From: Clostridioides sp. ES-S-0010-02
GTDB lineage: Bacteria; Bacillota; Clostridia; Peptostreptococcales; Peptostreptococcaceae
Assembly: GCF_020641055.1 (NCBI RefSeq)
Contig: NZ_CP067345.1
DNA length: 24,000 bases
Strand: one strand, 5' to 3'
The notes beneath the pieces are model-generated. The model did no database searches and was not told the DNA's origin. It worked only from the letters and a program-made list of their open reading frames with translations. Both the position numbers and the translations under genes were made by a program. This document shows, piece after piece, positions 15,818-24,000 of this stretch (the first letter of the stretch is position 1; every line of letters begins with the position of its first letter).

Positions 15818-17395
15818 ATGAAAAAAAATAAGTTAGGTCTATGGAATTTCTTCCAAATGTTAGGAAAAACGTTTATGTTCCCAATAGCATTACTTAGTGT
15901 TTCTGGTATGATGCTAGGTCTTGGGGCTGGTTTTACAGATCCTAAGATGATTGCAATGGTTCCATTTCTAGGAAATGAATATGTTAATATGATTTTAAAT
16001 TTCATGTTAACAATAGGATTATTTGCATTTAATAACTTGGGAGCATTATTTGCAATGGCAATTCCATTAGGATTATTAAAAAAAGAAAAAGAGTTTGGTG
16101 CATTTTCAGGTTTAGTAGGATTTATAGCAATGCATATAGGTACAAATTTTTATTTAACAAGAGCTGATTTATTAGTAGCAGCAGACCAAATGTCAACTAA
16201 TGGTCAAGCCATGATTATGGGTATACAAACATATAACACAAGTGTTTTAGGTGGTATTATAGCAGGTTTAATTGTTTATGCAATGTATGATAAAGTTAGT
16301 AATTTGAAAATACCAGAATCACTAGGATTCTATAGTGGACCAAGATTAGTTCCAATTGTTAGTTTAATAGTTATGAGTATTGTGGGATTATTAATACCTA
16401 TTGTTTGGCCACCATTTTTCAATGCGTTCCAAAGTTTAGGAAGATGGATTTCTTCAGCAGGGCCATTAGGATATTTCTCATATGCAGTAGCTGAAAGGGT
16501 TACAATACCATTTGGATTAAACCACCTTGTAACATCTGTATTCCGTTTTACACCAATAGGTGGAACTGCTGTTATTGATGGAGAAACATACTTTGGAACA
16601 TTGAATATGTTTATGGCATATGTGGAGAATAATCAGATTATACCTCTTGATTTAGCTGGTAAAATGGAGCAAGGTAAATTAATGATTCAATATGGTTTGG
16701 CTGGAGCTGCATTAGCTATATATCGTACAGCAAAACCAGAAAATAGAAAAGCACTTAAAGGACTTTTAATATCAGGAGTGTTGACAGTTATTATAGGTGG
16801 AATAAGTGAACCAATAGAGTTTTTATTCTTATTTATCTCACCAGCATTATTTGCTTTCCATACATTTATGAATGGTTTAGCAAACATGGTACTTCCATAC
16901 TTAGGTGTATTAATGGGATTCACAGGAGATTTAATAGCATTTATAAGTTTTGGAGTCTTGAGAGGAACAGCTACAGGATGGCCAATAGCAGTATTAGTAG
17001 CAGCTTTATACTTTGCAATATATTACTTTGTATTTAAATGGGCAATTCTTAAATTTAATATAAAAACTCCAGGACGTGAAGATAAAGAAATAAAAGTTTC
17101 TGAAGGAAATGGTTCAGATTTTAAAAATCTATCTACATACAAAGGTCAGCAAATGATAGCAGCACTAGGAGGGAAATCTAACATACTATCATTAGACAAT
17201 TGTGTAACTAGATTACGTTTAAAATTACAAGATGTATCACTAATAAATGAAGATGCAATTAAAGAAGCTGGTGGTATAGCAGTTGTTAAATTAGATGAAC
17301 ACACAATTCAAGTAATTATAGGTACTCAAGTGTATTCTTTAAGAAAGCAAATGGATAAGGCGATGGAAGGTCATTTGGAGGAATGTAATGATTAA
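15818..17395 (+). CDS. PTS EIICB component of the glucose/maltose (Glc) family, MalX/PtsG-like.
   Basis: 525 aa with the SD AGGAGGG at 15804-15810. The N-terminus LWNFFQMLGKTFMFPIALLSVSGMMLGLG resembles MalX/PtsG EIIC. The C-terminal EIIB domain carries the phospho-cysteine motif LDNCVTRLRL. Confidence 0.9.
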   Translation: MKKNKLGLWNFFQMLGKTFMFPIALLSVSGMMLGLGAGFTDPKMIAMVPFLGNEYVNMILNFMLTIGLFAFNNLGALFAMAIPLGLLKKEKEFGAFSGLVGFIAMHIGTNFYLTRADLLVAADQMSTNGQAMIMGIQTYNTSVLGGIIAGLIVYAMYDKVSNLKIPESLGFYSGPRLVPIVSLIVMSIVGLLIPIVWPPFFNAFQSLGRWISSAGPLGYFSYAVAERVTIPFGLNHLVTSVFRFTPIGGTAVIDGETYFGTLNMFMAYVENNQIIPLDLAGKMEQGKLMIQYGLAGAALAIYRTAKPENRKALKGLLISGVLTVIIGGISEPIEFLFLFISPALFAFHTFMNGLANMVLPYLGVLMGFTGDLIAFISFGVLRGTATGWPIAVLVAALYFAIYYFVFKWAILKFNIKTPGREDKEIKVSEGNGSDFKNLSTYKGQQMIAALGGKSNILSLDNCVTRLRLKLQDVSLINEDAIKEAGGIAVVKLDEHTIQVIIGTQVYSLRKQMDKAMEGHLEECND

Positions 17396-18569
17396 CTTTG
17401 ATAAAAAAGTAAACCGATTGGGTACATATTGTACCCAATGGGATTATGTAGAAGATAGATTTGGAAAAAAAGGATTACTTCCTTTTACAATATCAGATAT
17501 GGATTTGGAATTTCCAAATGAGATAACAGAAGTATTGAAAGAAAGATTAAATCATAGAGTATTAGGATATAGCAGATGGAAGCATGATGATTTTAAAGAT
17601 TCTATCAGAAATTGGTACTCTAAGAGATTTAATTGCAGTATTGATAGCAATTGGATATATTACAGTCCAAGTGTAATGTATTCAATTAGTAAACTCATTG
17701 AAATTTTTAGTGATGAAGGAGATGGAGTATTACTAAACACTCCTGCATACAATGCTTTTTATGAAGTAATAGGAAATAACAATCGCAATATTATAAAATC
17801 TCCTCTTACAAATAAGAATGGATTTTACTCTATTGATTTTGATGATTTTGAGAAAAAATGTAAAGATTCTAAGATATTTATTTTATGCAATCCTCATAAC
17901 CCAACAGGTAGGGTGTGGAGTGAATTAGAGCTTATTAAGATGGTAAGGATTTGTAAGGAAAATAATGTAAAAATAATATCAGATGATATACATATGGATA
18001 TTGTATATGATAGTAAAATGACACCTGTTTTAAATGTGGCAGACAATTATTTGGAGTCTATATTTATTTGTACATCAGCATCTAAGTCTTTTAATATACC
18101 AGCATTGACTGGGTCATATGTAATTATACCTAATGAAGAGATAAGAACTAAGTTTGAAAATATAACTAGATATCGTGATTTTGTAAATTCACCAGCTATA
18201 CTAGCTATTTTGGGAACAATGACTTGTTATAATGACTGTGAATATTGGCTAGATGAGTTACTGAAATACATTAAAGAGAATCTTCAATATACAATTAACT
18301 ATATAGAAGATAATTTAAAGCCATTAAAATTGGTTATGCCAGAAGGGTGTTACTTTGCTTGGATTGATTTCTCGGAACTTAAAATAAGTAGTGAAAAATT
18401 CCAAAATCTATTAATAGATATTGGTGAAGTTGCTATTATGGGAGGCAAGGTATATGGAGAAGAAAGTGAGTTTTATTTGAGGTTAAATGTGGCATGTTCA
18501 AGAGAAAAACTTGAAGATGGTTTAAATAGAATTAAAAAAACTATAGATTATATTGCAAAAAATATTTAA
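17388..18569 (+). CDS. MalY/PatB-like PLP-dependent C-S lyase (aminotransferase class I/II fold).
   Basis: 393 aa. The N-terminus DKKVNRLGTYCTQWDY, the motif CNPHNPTGRVW and the PLP-lysine context TSASKSFNIPAL are typical of MalY/PatB cystathionine-beta-lyase-like enzymes. It overlaps the EIICB stop by 8 nt. Confidence 0.85.
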   Translation: MINFDKKVNRLGTYCTQWDYVEDRFGKKGLLPFTISDMDLEFPNEITEVLKERLNHRVLGYSRWKHDDFKDSIRNWYSKRFNCSIDSNWIYYSPSVMYSISKLIEIFSDEGDGVLLNTPAYNAFYEVIGNNNRNIIKSPLTNKNGFYSIDFDDFEKKCKDSKIFILCNPHNPTGRVWSELELIKMVRICKENNVKIISDDIHMDIVYDSKMTPVLNVADNYLESIFICTSASKSFNIPALTGSYVIIPNEEIRTKFENITRYRDFVNSPAILAILGTMTCYNDCEYWLDELLKYIKENLQYTINYIEDNLKPLKLVMPEGCYFAWIDFSELKISSEKFQNLLIDIGEVAIMGGKVYGEESEFYLRLNVACSREKLEDGLNRIKKTIDYIAKNI

Positions 18570-18588
18570 TATAGAAGGGGAGATGATT

Positions 18589-19188
18589 ATGAACTATTTA
18601 AAAACAATGGTTGATGTTATGACTACTGAAATGAATGCTATAAAGTGTTTAATAGATGAAGCAGGTATTGAATATGAAAATATAGTTAATGAAATTGCAA
18701 ATTGTAAAGGTAAAGTGATTTTTATGGGTGTAGGTAAATCTGCACATATAGGTAAAAAATTGGCAGCTACATTTGCAAGTACTGGTACACCAAGTTTTTT
18801 TGTACATGCAACAGAGGCAGTACATGGAGATTTAGGAATGATTGAAAGTCGAGATATTACAATTTTAATCTCAAATAGTGGTAATTCTATGGAAGTTGTA
18901 AATTGTATAAAATATGTTAAGGCAATAGGTTCTAAAACAATTGCTTTTACCTCAAATAGAAATTCAGTATTGGCAAAGGAGTGCGATTATGCTTTAATAT
19001 ATCCTGCAAAGGGTGAAGCTGACCACTTAAATTTAGCACCAACAACATCATCTACGATTACTTTGGTTTTAGGAGATTCTATTGCATGTGCATTATCTAA
19101 AAACAGTAATTTTGACTCAGCTGATTTTTATAAATATCATCCAGGAGGAAGTTTAGGTGAAAAACTAAAGGCAGCTAATAATGGTTAA
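18589..19188 (+). CDS. Single-SIS-domain sugar-phosphate isomerase, KdsD/GutQ (arabinose-5-phosphate isomerase)-like, with no CBS pair.
   Basis: The start is moved to the ATG at 18589 (SD AAGGGGAG). GVGKSAHIGKKLAATFASTGTPSFFVHATEAVHGDLGMI, LAPTTSSTITLVLGD and HPGGSLGEKL closely parallel the SIS domain of E. coli KdsD as I recall it. The protein ends right after the SIS domain. Confidence 0.8.
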   Translation: MNYLKTMVDVMTTEMNAIKCLIDEAGIEYENIVNEIANCKGKVIFMGVGKSAHIGKKLAATFASTGTPSFFVHATEAVHGDLGMIESRDITILISNSGNSMEVVNCIKYVKAIGSKTIAFTSNRNSVLAKECDYALIYPAKGEADHLNLAPTTSSTITLVLGDSIACALSKNSNFDSADFYKYHPGGSLGEKLKAANNG

Positions 19189-19211
19189 AAGTAAAAAGGA
19201 GAGTATATTTT

Positions 19212-19682
19212 ATGTTTAAAATGTTTAAGAAAAAATCAATAAAATCACCAATATCAGGAAAGGTAATAGAGTTATCTAAAATACCAGATGCTGTATTTTC
19301 TCAAAAACTTATGGGCGAAGGTGTAGCTATAGATTCTACAGGTGATATTGTTTATGCTCCATATAATGGTAAGGTGGCAGTTTTAGCAGAAACTAAACAT
19401 GCACTTGTTATAGAATTAGAAAATGGAATGGAACTTCTTATTCATGTTGGTTTAGATACTGTAAACTTAAAAGGTGAAGGATTTGAAGCATTAGTAAGTG
19501 TAGGAGACCAAGTAAAAGAGGGGACACCAATGTTAAAAATTGACCGTTCATTAATTGAATCAAATGGTATCTCACTTATTACTCCAGTTACAATAACTAA
19601 TCATTCGGAGTACAATATGAATACATATAATGTAGGTAATAATGTAGAGGGTGGAAAAGATACTGTAATTGAGTTTAAATAA
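19212..19682 (+). CDS. PTS EIIA component of the glucose family (Crr-like).
   Basis: 156 aa. DAVFSQKLMGEGVAI, TKHAL and IHVGLDTVNLKGEGF are the canonical EIIA-Glc motifs, including both active-site His residues. Confidence 0.9.
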   Translation: MFKMFKKKSIKSPISGKVIELSKIPDAVFSQKLMGEGVAIDSTGDIVYAPYNGKVAVLAETKHALVIELENGMELLIHVGLDTVNLKGEGFEALVSVGDQVKEGTPMLKIDRSLIESNGISLITPVTITNHSEYNMNTYNVGNNVEGGKDTVIEFK

Positions 19683-19756
19683 AAAGTATAAAATAAAAGA
19701 TTACTGTCTATAAACTTATGTTGTACAATGTAAATTTAATATAAATATGTTAGATA

Positions 19757-19803
19757 AAAAGGGACTTACTTGCTTTTAAATTGAGTAGTTCCTTTTATTT
19801 TTT
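19757..19803 (+). terminator. Rho-independent terminator of the PTS operon.
   Basis: AAAAGGGACTTACTT pairs imperfectly (one bulge, with G.U pairs) with GAGTAGTTCCTTTT, followed by ATTTTTTG. Confidence 0.6.
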
Positions 19804-19952
19804 GTAATTAGTTTTATACTCTTCTCTTTATATAAGAATAGCTAATTATAAATAATAATTGTTCAAATAGAGATTTAAATATATTGTTTTGAGATACATT
19901 ATAATTTAAACGTTGTATAATATATGAACTTCATAAACTTAAAATAGAAATG

Positions 19953-19981
19953 TTGACAATAATAATAAACTTTAGTAATAT
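19953..19981 (+). promoter_or_regulatory. Candidate sigma-A promoter of the DUF2087 regulator gene.
   Basis: TTGACA (19953-19958), a 17-nt spacer, then TAATAT (19976-19981). Confidence 0.45.
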
Positions 19982-20023
19982 ATGTTTATTGAAATAATAA
20001 ACCATATACTGGAGGTGAATAAT

Positions 20024-20770
20024 ATGAAGATTGAAAATCTTTCTATTAAAGATATCAAAAAAGGTTATGTATTCAATGCAGATTTAAATTGTTATAGTTG
20101 CATTATTTGTGGAAAAACGTATGAAGTAGGAGAAATATACAGAGTTGGTGATAGATTTTTTGAAGCATCAAGAGCTATTGAATTGCATACAGAATTAAAA
20201 CATGGTAACTATTTGGAACAATTGGTCAATAATGATTCAAAGTACAATACATTAACAGATAATCAAAAACAATTATTTAAATTATTTATTAGTGATTTAT
20301 CAGATAAAGAAATTGCAAAAGAGCTTGGTGTATCTACTTCTACAATACGTCATCAAAAATTTATGTTTAGAGAAAAAGCAAAACAAGCTAAGCTATACTT
20401 GGCTTTATATGAATCTGTATTTGAAGATAAATCTAATAGAGATAGTATTATAATACCAATCCACGAACATGCCAAAATGGTAGATGAGAGATACGTAGTA
20501 ACTGAAGAAGAAAGAAAACACATTTTAGAAACATCATTTGAAAGTATGAATCCTCTAAAATTAAAAGCTTTTTCATCAAAAGAAAAGAAAAAAGTTGTTA
20601 TTTTGTCTAAAATTTTAGAACAATTTGACCAAGGAAAGCAATATTCAGAAAAAGAAGTTAATCAAATTTTAGAGTCTATATATTATGATTTTGCAACGAT
20701 TAGAAGATATTTAATTGAATATGGTTTTATGAGTAGAAATAAAGAATGTACAAAGTATTGGTTAACATAA
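20024..20770 (+). CDS. DUF2087-type transcriptional regulator with an N-terminal Cys2-His2 zinc-ribbon-like motif and a LuxR/sigma-region-4-like HTH.
   Basis: The start is moved to the ATG at 20024 (SD GGAGGTG). The motifs are CYSCIICGK...HTELKH, the HTH LTDNQKQLFKLFISDLSDKEIAKELGVSTSTIRHQKF, and a C-terminal DUF2087-like segment YSEKEVNQILESIYYDFATIRRYLIEYGFM. Confidence 0.7.
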   Translation: MKIENLSIKDIKKGYVFNADLNCYSCIICGKTYEVGEIYRVGDRFFEASRAIELHTELKHGNYLEQLVNNDSKYNTLTDNQKQLFKLFISDLSDKEIAKELGVSTSTIRHQKFMFREKAKQAKLYLALYESVFEDKSNRDSIIIPIHEHAKMVDERYVVTEEERKHILETSFESMNPLKLKAFSSKEKKKVVILSKILEQFDQGKQYSEKEVNQILESIYYDFATIRRYLIEYGFMSRNKECTKYWLT

Positions 20771-20837
20771 TAAAAAGCCAGAACCTATCAGTATATAAAG
20801 CTATTTCTTGCTTGATTAGCTGTGAAAGGAGTTAAAA

Positions 20838-21515
20838 ATGAATGATGAGTTGAAATCTATTTTGTACAATGAAGGTGTAGACATTATTCGTTTTGTTGAT
20901 ATATCTGAATTTCCAATAAATCAAACACTAGGCTTTTCTAAGGCGATTTTATTTTGTATAGGATTATCAAAGAAGTTTATTAAAGATATATATAATAATT
21001 TACCTACAGACAGAGATGAGTTTTTGGAAAAAGAGGAAAAGGTGGAAAAACTAGCTGATTGGATTTCTGAATATCTTCAAAAAAAAGGTTATAGTGCTTA
21101 TGCTCAATCAGAAAAAAATAATATAGAACACAGATACATTGAAAGAGGATATATTGACCCTAAGATGCAATCAGGTATTAGCCCTTTACCACATAAGACA
21201 ATAGCGAATATTAGTGGTATTGGATTCATGGGAAAAAATAATTTATTTATCACTGAGGAATTTGGATGTGCTTTTAGCATGTGTACAGTACTTACAGATG
21301 CACCAATTTCTGTTGAAAAGCATCCTTTGATTGCTTCAAAATGTGGTGATTGCAGTGTTTGTGTAGAAAAATGCCCTGCAAAAGCTATACATGGAAATGC
21401 TTGGACTTTTCAAGGGGGAAGAGAGTCTATAATCGATATTTCTAAATGTTTTTGTGTTTTAAAATGTATGGTAAATTGCCAATGGTCATTGAAATATGCA
21501 AATCAAAAACTATAA
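20838..21515 (+). CDS. Small 4Fe-4S protein related to epoxyqueuosine reductase (QueG) and reductive-dehalogenase ferredoxin domains.
   Basis: 225 aa with the SD AAAGGAG. It has one complete ferredoxin motif (CGDCSVCVEKCP) and a second Cys cluster (CFCVLKCMVNC). At 225 aa it appears shorter than full-length QueG as I recall it (no comparison run). Confidence 0.65.
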   Translation: MNDELKSILYNEGVDIIRFVDISEFPINQTLGFSKAILFCIGLSKKFIKDIYNNLPTDRDEFLEKEEKVEKLADWISEYLQKKGYSAYAQSEKNNIEHRYIERGYIDPKMQSGISPLPHKTIANISGIGFMGKNNLFITEEFGCAFSMCTVLTDAPISVEKHPLIASKCGDCSVCVEKCPAKAIHGNAWTFQGGRESIIDISKCFCVLKCMVNCQWSLKYANQKL

Positions 21516-21574
21516 TCTAGATATGAGATAGATATTTTTATTGTATTTTAGCTTTCTTAAAAAAATAAGCTTAT

Positions 21575-21603
21575 AGGGTGCTTGATAATTGCACCCTTTT
21601 TAA
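21575..21603 (+). terminator. Rho-independent terminator.
   Basis: AGGGTGC (21575-21581) pairs with GCACCCT (21591-21597) around a 9-nt loop, followed by TTTTTAAT. Confidence 0.75.
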
Positions 21604-21931
21604 TATTATTAAATATAATAATTTAGACTGATGTTAATGATAGTCTGAATTAGGATTAATATTATCATGTTTTTTATCAAAGTCAAGAATAAAGTAAAAA
21701 TAAAATAATATGTCCTTCTTTATTTTTCTAAAAATGTATTGTATTATTGATTCAGTGGTAAATACGATGAAATTAAGTTGGATAACAATAATCATTCAGT
21801 ATTTACATTACATTATAAGTTGGTTATGTGTATCAAACATAGAAGAAAAGTAACATATGATTTTGTGTGAAATGAACTAAAAAATATATTTATTCATATT
21901 ACACCGAATTATGGAGTGGAGGAGAAAGATT

Positions 21932-23506
21932 ATGAAAAAAGATACATCTCATGTAATTAAGCGGGCCGAGCGATTTCAGGTCATTTTGATTGGAGAAGGG
22001 CTTCTTGTAGGCGCTATAGCTGGTTTGATTGTACTTTTATATAGGATACTTTTGGGGCAGGCTGGTATCTGGCTTAACCAAATATTAAATTTTGCAAAAG
22101 GTTCAACTGTGAAAACAGCAGTTTGGTTTGCAGTGCTTGCACTGCTTGCGTGGATTGTATCAAGGCTAGTAAATTGGGAGCCAATGATTTCAGGTAGTGG
22201 TATTCCTCAGCTAGAAGGAGAGATGACAGGGAAAATCAAGCAAGTATGGTGGCGTGTGTTGCCAGCCAAATTTGTTGGAGGATTCTTATCGCTTATGGGT
22301 GGTCTTGCCTTGGGAAGAGAAGGACCTTCTATACAGCTTGGTGCTATGGCAGGAAAGGGTATTTCCAGAGCTCTTGATAGAGGAAAGACAGAGGAAAAGT
22401 TCTTGCTTACTTGTGGGGCAAGTGCAGGATTATCAGCAGCCTTTCATGCACCACTGGCAGGTGTCATGTTTTCACTGGAAGAAATACATAAAAACTTTTC
22501 AGTGTCTGTTTTGATTTCTGTGATGACAGCATCTCTAACAGCGGACTATATATCAGCTAATTTTCTAGGAATGGAATCAGTGTTCCAGTTTGATATTGGA
22601 AATGTGTTACCACAGAGTTATTATTGGTTGATACTGATTTTAGGTGTTGTGCTTGGCGTTATGGGGGCATTTTATAATTGGTTTACCTTATTTGTTCAGT
22701 CTTTATATAAAAAGATTCCCAAAATAGGTACATTTGGAAAAATATTGATTCCATTTTTTATGGCTGGTATTTTGGGTCTTTTGATGCCTGAGGTGCTTGG
22801 AAGTGGGCATAATCTGGTGGAAGCACTAACAAGCCATGAATATTTGTTGGGAATGGTAGTTTTGATTTTTGTCATCCGTTTTGTATTTTCGGCTGTTAGT
22901 TTTGGGTCTGGTGCGCCAGGAGGAATCTTCTTCCCGCTACTTGTTTTAGGAGCCTTTATTGGGGGAATGTTCGGAATGGTAGGTGTACAGTTTTTTGGAA
23001 TGAACTTAGACTATGTCAATAATTTTATACTTCTGGCTATGGCAGGATATTTTACTGCCATTGTACGTGCGCCTTTGACTGGAATTATATTGATTTTTGA
23101 AATGACAGGTTCTGTCAGCCAGATGCTTTCCCTATCCGTTATTTCAATTGTGGCGTATATTGTGGCTACACTTCTGAAATCTAAGCCGATTTATGAAAGT
23201 CTTCTGGAGAGATTACTTGAGAAAAATGGAGAACCTGTTCATAGAGAGAGGGGAGAGAAAATACTAGATCAGTTTTCCATTATGTTTGGTTCTCCTGTTG
23301 CTAACAAAGCAATTCAGGATATTCAATGGCCAGAAAATTGTCTTTTGGTAGCCATTCAAAGAGGAGGAGAAGAAATTATTCCAAAAGGAAAAACAATTCT
23401 TAAGGCAAGTGATATAATTGTTACCATGACAGATGAGAGAGACAGTAGTGTTGTGTATGATAAAATGGAAAAACTTTGCAAAGAAAATACATCATATATT
23501 GTATAG
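21932..23506 (+). CDS. ClC-family Cl-/H+ exchanger with a C-terminal TrkA-C/RCK_C-like domain.
   Basis: The start is moved to the ATG at 21932 (SD GGAGGAG). The canonical selectivity-filter motifs GSGIPQ, GREGPSIQ and GGIFFP are present. The soluble C-terminal domain (ILDQFSIMFGSPVANKAIQDIQWPENCLLVAIQRGGEEIIPKG) resembles TrkA-C. Confidence 0.9.
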   Translation: MKKDTSHVIKRAERFQVILIGEGLLVGAIAGLIVLLYRILLGQAGIWLNQILNFAKGSTVKTAVWFAVLALLAWIVSRLVNWEPMISGSGIPQLEGEMTGKIKQVWWRVLPAKFVGGFLSLMGGLALGREGPSIQLGAMAGKGISRALDRGKTEEKFLLTCGASAGLSAAFHAPLAGVMFSLEEIHKNFSVSVLISVMTASLTADYISANFLGMESVFQFDIGNVLPQSYYWLILILGVVLGVMGAFYNWFTLFVQSLYKKIPKIGTFGKILIPFFMAGILGLLMPEVLGSGHNLVEALTSHEYLLGMVVLIFVIRFVFSAVSFGSGAPGGIFFPLLVLGAFIGGMFGMVGVQFFGMNLDYVNNFILLAMAGYFTAIVRAPLTGIILIFEMTGSVSQMLSLSVISIVAYIVATLLKSKPIYESLLERLLEKNGEPVHRERGEKILDQFSIMFGSPVANKAIQDIQWPENCLLVAIQRGGEEIIPKGKTILKASDIIVTMTDERDSSVVYDKMEKLCKENTSYIV

Positions 23507-23631
23507 GGATAATAAGCTATAAAAAAGATGTTTTCTGTGTGAATGAAAACTAGTAAATAATGTGTGTGTAGAATGTGGTCTGGACAATTCTAAGAGTGAT
23601 ATCAGCTATACTTTTAGATGGAGGTTAAATT

Positions 23632-24000
23632 ATGATAGTAAGTGTAAGTAGAAGAACTGATATACCTGCTTTTTATAGTAAGTGGTTTTTTAACAGACTT
23701 AAAGAGGGTTTTGTGTATGTTGTTAATCCGATGAATCCAAAACAAGTCAGTAAGATAGAGTTAAATCCACATACTGTTGATTGCTTTATATTTTGGACAA
23801 AAGATGCAACTCCAATGATATGTGATTTGAACAAATTAAAAGACTACAAATATTATTTTCACTATACTATAACTCCATATGGTAAAGATGTAGAAACACG
23901 AATTTTAGATAAAAAGAAGATAATAGAGTCATTTAAAGAATTGTCTAAAAGCATAGGAAAAGAAAGAGTAATTTTGAGATATGACCCAATTTTTCTAAAT
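23632..24000 (+). CDS. 5' part of a DUF1848-family protein gene that runs off the window.
   Basis: The SD GGAGGT (23620-23625) precedes the ATG at 23632. The frame is open for 123 codons to the window end. MIVSVSRRTDIPAFYSKWFFNRLKEGFVYVVNPMNPKQVS...FIFWTKD matches the DUF1848 N-terminal pattern as I recall it. Confidence 0.75.
   Translation, partial: MIVSVSRRTDIPAFYSKWFFNRLKEGFVYVVNPMNPKQVSKIELNPHTVDCFIFWTKDATPMICDLNKLKDYKYYFHYTITPYGKDVETRILDKKKIIESFKELSKSIGKERVILRYDPIFLN

Noticed and set aside
21604-21931. A fluoride riboswitch with a CLC-F fluoride channel.
   Set aside because: The protein carries the canonical chloride-type motifs GSGIPQ, GREGP and GIFFP rather than the CLC-F variants. 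I could not find the conserved crcB-motif core in the upstream 330 nt.
1-24000. Mobile elements, prophage or defence islands (transposase, integrase, restriction-modification, toxin-antitoxin, Cas).
   Set aside because: No ORF in the six-frame track or in my small-ORF scan shows motifs of these families. The only compositional anomaly is the single ClC gene, which has no associated mobility genes.

Overview
This is a chromosomal window from a very AT-rich Firmicute that looks Clostridia-like. Hand counts on sampled lines put most genes at roughly 20-35% GC. I found no rRNA, tRNA, CRISPR array, transposase or integrase.

Gene order, left to right:
- The 3' end of a probable AAA+ ATPase, translationally coupled to a metallopeptidase-like/VWA (DUF2201-type) protein.
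- A CarD/CdnL-family regulator.
- A ~2.4 kb ORF-free, extremely AT-rich spacer.
- A POT-family peptide permease.
- A minus-strand TrmB-family regulator and PhzF-family isomerase pair.
- Thioredoxin, followed by a 41-codon remnant of thioredoxin reductase.
- An OmpR-type response regulator, a histidine kinase, an FtsX/MacB-type permease and an ABC ATPase whose catalytic motifs are largely degenerate.
- A BglG/LicT-type PRD antiterminator.
- A Glc-family PTS operon: MalX-like EIICB, a MalY/PatB-like PLP C-S lyase, a single-SIS KdsD/GutQ-like isomerase, and EIIA-Glc.
- A DUF2087 HTH regulator plus a small QueG-like 4Fe-4S protein.
- A canonical ClC Cl-/H+ exchanger with much higher GC than its surroundings.
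- The 5' part of a DUF1848 gene.

The most unusual feature is an array of four tandem, near-identical RAT/terminator antitermination switches (about 104 nt period) between the antiterminator gene and the PTS operon.

Secondary points of interest are the motif-degenerate ABC ATPase in the TCS-linked module, the arabinose-5-phosphate-isomerase-like SIS gene inside a Gram-positive PTS operon, the trxB remnant, the GC-anomalous ClC gene and the long noncoding spacer.

All family calls come from reading the translations. No database search was possible.
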